64,000 nt of DNA from Candidatus Hydrogenedentota bacterium (GTDB taxonomy: Bacteria > Hydrogenedentota > Hydrogenedentia > Hydrogenedentales > SLHB01), in contig CAXXYE010000008.1 in NCBI GenBank assembly GCA_963674865.2, forward strand, positions 1 through 64,000, in the 5' to 3' direction. The notes beneath the pieces are model-generated. The model did not search any database. It saw nothing but the letters and a program-made list of their open reading frames with translations, and was not told the DNA's origin. A program made the translations under genes and the position numbers. Positions 61,905-64,000 of the stretch are shown here, piece by piece. Positions within the stretch are counted from its first letter, which is position 1. Each line of letters starts with the position of its first letter.

Positions 61905-64000
61905 ATGTATTACGAATACTGCGGCCATCTTAAGTCCCTTCTACCGCCGCCCGACGCCTTGCCCGCCCTCGGCCGAGGAGGGCACTCAATCTCCGCGGCG
62001 CAAATGGCGAAGTGGATTACTGCCGACTTACCCTTCGCCAAGGGATGGGAGCGAATCCCCGTGCAGCGCAAGATGGCGGGGCGTGTGGTGCGGCTTCAAG
62101 GACGCTTCGAAGATATCCGCCGCATTGATGACCTGGACCCGACGATCCCATGCTACTGGGCTCCCCTCGGCACATTGGGCCTCGCGGACAGTGGCCTGCC
62201 ATTCAAAGTGGGGCCTTGTCCCGTGGTCGAATGCACTTACCGGTGCTTAACCGACGGCGCCCGGCCCGCGCTGGTCTGGACGTACCCCGGCGGCCTTCAC
62301 GTCGAGCACCTTGCTCCATCGGAAAAATGGCGAACGGTGGCCTGCCGCGTCGACCATCGGGGTTTTCCAAAGCAGCTTGACGCACTTATCTTGCGCCTGT
62401 ATTCGGTTTCCCGCGCTACGGAAGCGATGGAGATAAAATCGCTACGCCTGCGAGCATTAACTGCTGAGGAAAAGAAAGCGTGCGCCCGCAACAGAGCCGA
62501 GTTGAGCCGTCTCGATGCGCCCAGAGACTACCCTATCCTGGATCAGTTCATGCCTCTTGGCGTTCACATGGACGCGGCCTGGGCGATACAACTGGCTGAC
62601 CTGCTCGGCATATCGCTGAAGGATTACTGGGCTCTCGCCCTCGAGGACATTGTCACACACCATCACAACTGCATTTCCCTGGACAATATGCAGAGCCTGT
62701 CACGCCAGGAGCAGTGCGACCTTTTAGACCTCGCCGATGCCTGCGATATGAAGGTCGTTCCGGCGAACATCTGTAGTCGGCCGGACGGCGTGTCCTGCGA
62801 GGAGGCTCTCGAAGACCTCATCGCTCCACATAAGGACGCTCCCGCCGTGTTGGCGTGGATGTTGTCAGATGCCCCTCCCGAGGAGAAGCTGGCGGAATGT
62901 CTTCACGCCAAACAGTTGGTTGAGGGGCTGGACCCGAATCACCCTCCGGCGATACTCTCGAGGGGGCCGGGGCCCTATCCTCTGTTCGCCTCTCACTTTC
63001 CTGTGTCGGGGATCGGCCACTGCGTTACGCACGCGCCGTGGCAGATTGGGGACGTCGTGCGTACGCACGCCCCGCTCAACAAGGGCAGCCATTTCTGGAT
63101 GCTCGCGCCGACATTTATCGGCGCCGCGGATGCGCCGGAATGGAGCACCTGCTCGGAACTACGCCTGATGGTCAACCTGGGCATCGCGTGTGGCGCAAAG
63201 GGTTGGTTTTCTTATACTTATCACAACAACCCCATTTGGGTCGAGGGAACCTGTCAGCGATCGCTCACCGGCCCCTTCCTGACATTCAGCGACCTCTGGT
63301 CGGAACTTGGCCTTTGCATGCGGCGCGTAAGCGCACTCGCCCCTCTACTCCTTGGGGTCACGCCGCAGCCGCGCAACGAGGAATGGTTTGTTACGCGCAG
63401 CGTCGCCCGCGAGAATGCCCGGCGCCCCCCAGACAGGCCCCCCACCGGGACCCATCGGCTTTGCGGAGCAGATTATGAGATTTACTACCTCGTAAGCAAC
63501 GATGTCCGTGAGATGGCCACCCTGAACATCACCCTGCCCCCGAAGGCGTTGCGGGGCATGGAAGTCTATGACTTAAACGATTTTATCCAGACGAGGGAGT
63601 GGGCCCCCATGAATCTCGAGCGCCATCTCGAGATGTTCCCGGGGCAGTCCAGGGCGTTACTTGTTGCCAAGCCGGAGGTGTGCGCCCGCTGGCGGGACGT
63701 CATCGCGGCCCGGCTGATCGCGGATGACGAACGAGACCTTGCCTTCAATCTTGCCTTGGCGCGGCAATACGGACTGAATGTAAAGCCGGTCGAGAAGCTG
63801 ATCGTCCACACCGACGAGGGTTTGGCTGGGCTACGCACCATCAGCCGTGCACATGACATGCTGCTCAACCTGGTGTACGAATCCCCCGCCATCGCGGAAG
63901 TCCGTAGCAAGATCATCGAAGCAAGTGCTGCCGTATGCGCCTGCGATGGCGCCTTATGCCGCCTTATGGGGCGCGACCGACACGACCAGGTGGAGGAGTT
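61905..64000 (+). CDS. Large hypothetical glycoside-hydrolase-like TIM-barrel protein (runs off the window end)
   Basis: Manual reading: ATG 61905 after GAGGTG, no in-frame stop seen; HKDAPAVLAWMLSDAP, LDPNHP, ELRLMVNLGIACGAKGWFSYTY; absent from the ORF track, consistent with no stop in the window. Confidence 0.75.
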   Translation, partial: MYYEYCGHLKSLLPPPDALPALGRGGHSISAAQMAKWITADLPFAKGWERIPVQRKMAGRVVRLQGRFEDIRRIDDLDPTIPCYWAPLGTLGLADSGLPFKVGPCPVVECTYRCLTDGARPALVWTYPGGLHVEHLAPSEKWRTVACRVDHRGFPKQLDALILRLYSVSRATEAMEIKSLRLRALTAEEKKACARNRAELSRLDAPRDYPILDQFMPLGVHMDAAWAIQLADLLGISLKDYWALALEDIVTHHHNCISLDNMQSLSRQEQCDLLDLADACDMKVVPANICSRPDGVSCEEALEDLIAPHKDAPAVLAWMLSDAPPEEKLAECLHAKQLVEGLDPNHPPAILSRGPGPYPLFASHFPVSGIGHCVTHAPWQIGDVVRTHAPLNKGSHFWMLAPTFIGAADAPEWSTCSELRLMVNLGIACGAKGWFSYTYHNNPIWVEGTCQRSLTGPFLTFSDLWSELGLCMRRVSALAPLLLGVTPQPRNEEWFVTRSVARENARRPPDRPPTGTHRLCGADYEIYYLVSNDVREMATLNITLPPKALRGMEVYDLNDFIQTREWAPMNLERHLEMFPGQSRALLVAKPEVCARWRDVIAARLIADDERDLAFNLALARQYGLNVKPVEKLIVHTDEGLAGLRTISRAHDMLLNLVYESPAIAEVRSKIIEASAAVCACDGALCRLMGRDRHDQVEE

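Overview
GC-rich bacterial chromosomal segment. The gene content (solute-binding protein fused to an ABC permease, large secreted glycoside-hydrolase-like proteins, ThuA, kelch and amidohydrolase genes) suggests a Candidatus Hydrogenedentota-like or PVC-like organism; this is inference only. Housekeeping genes: carB (partial), rpe, rbsK, an endonuclease-III-like gene, nadA, sufS-sufU, ahcY, uvrA, archease-rtcB. Accessory content: two carbohydrate-utilisation clusters, a two-component pair with a degenerate sigma54-activator domain, and a surface-polysaccharide cluster interrupted by an orphan tail-fibre-like gene pair. One complete IS1202-family-like insertion sequence (5766-7346) has a 17-bp target duplication. 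The best candidate for an undescribed system is an XRE-HTH protein fused to an apparently catalytically dead class III adenylyl-cyclase domain, 4 bp upstream of ahcY, with a palindrome over its own -10 box; it may be a new adenosine/SAH-sensing regulator of the methyl cycle. Other oddities: a head-to-head junction of two 5'-truncated genes near 1658, a type I R-M hsdS C-terminal relic beside a REP-like palindrome, a structured nadA leader, and five single-base frameshifts that are probably sequencing errors. No rRNA, tRNA or CRISPR array was seen.
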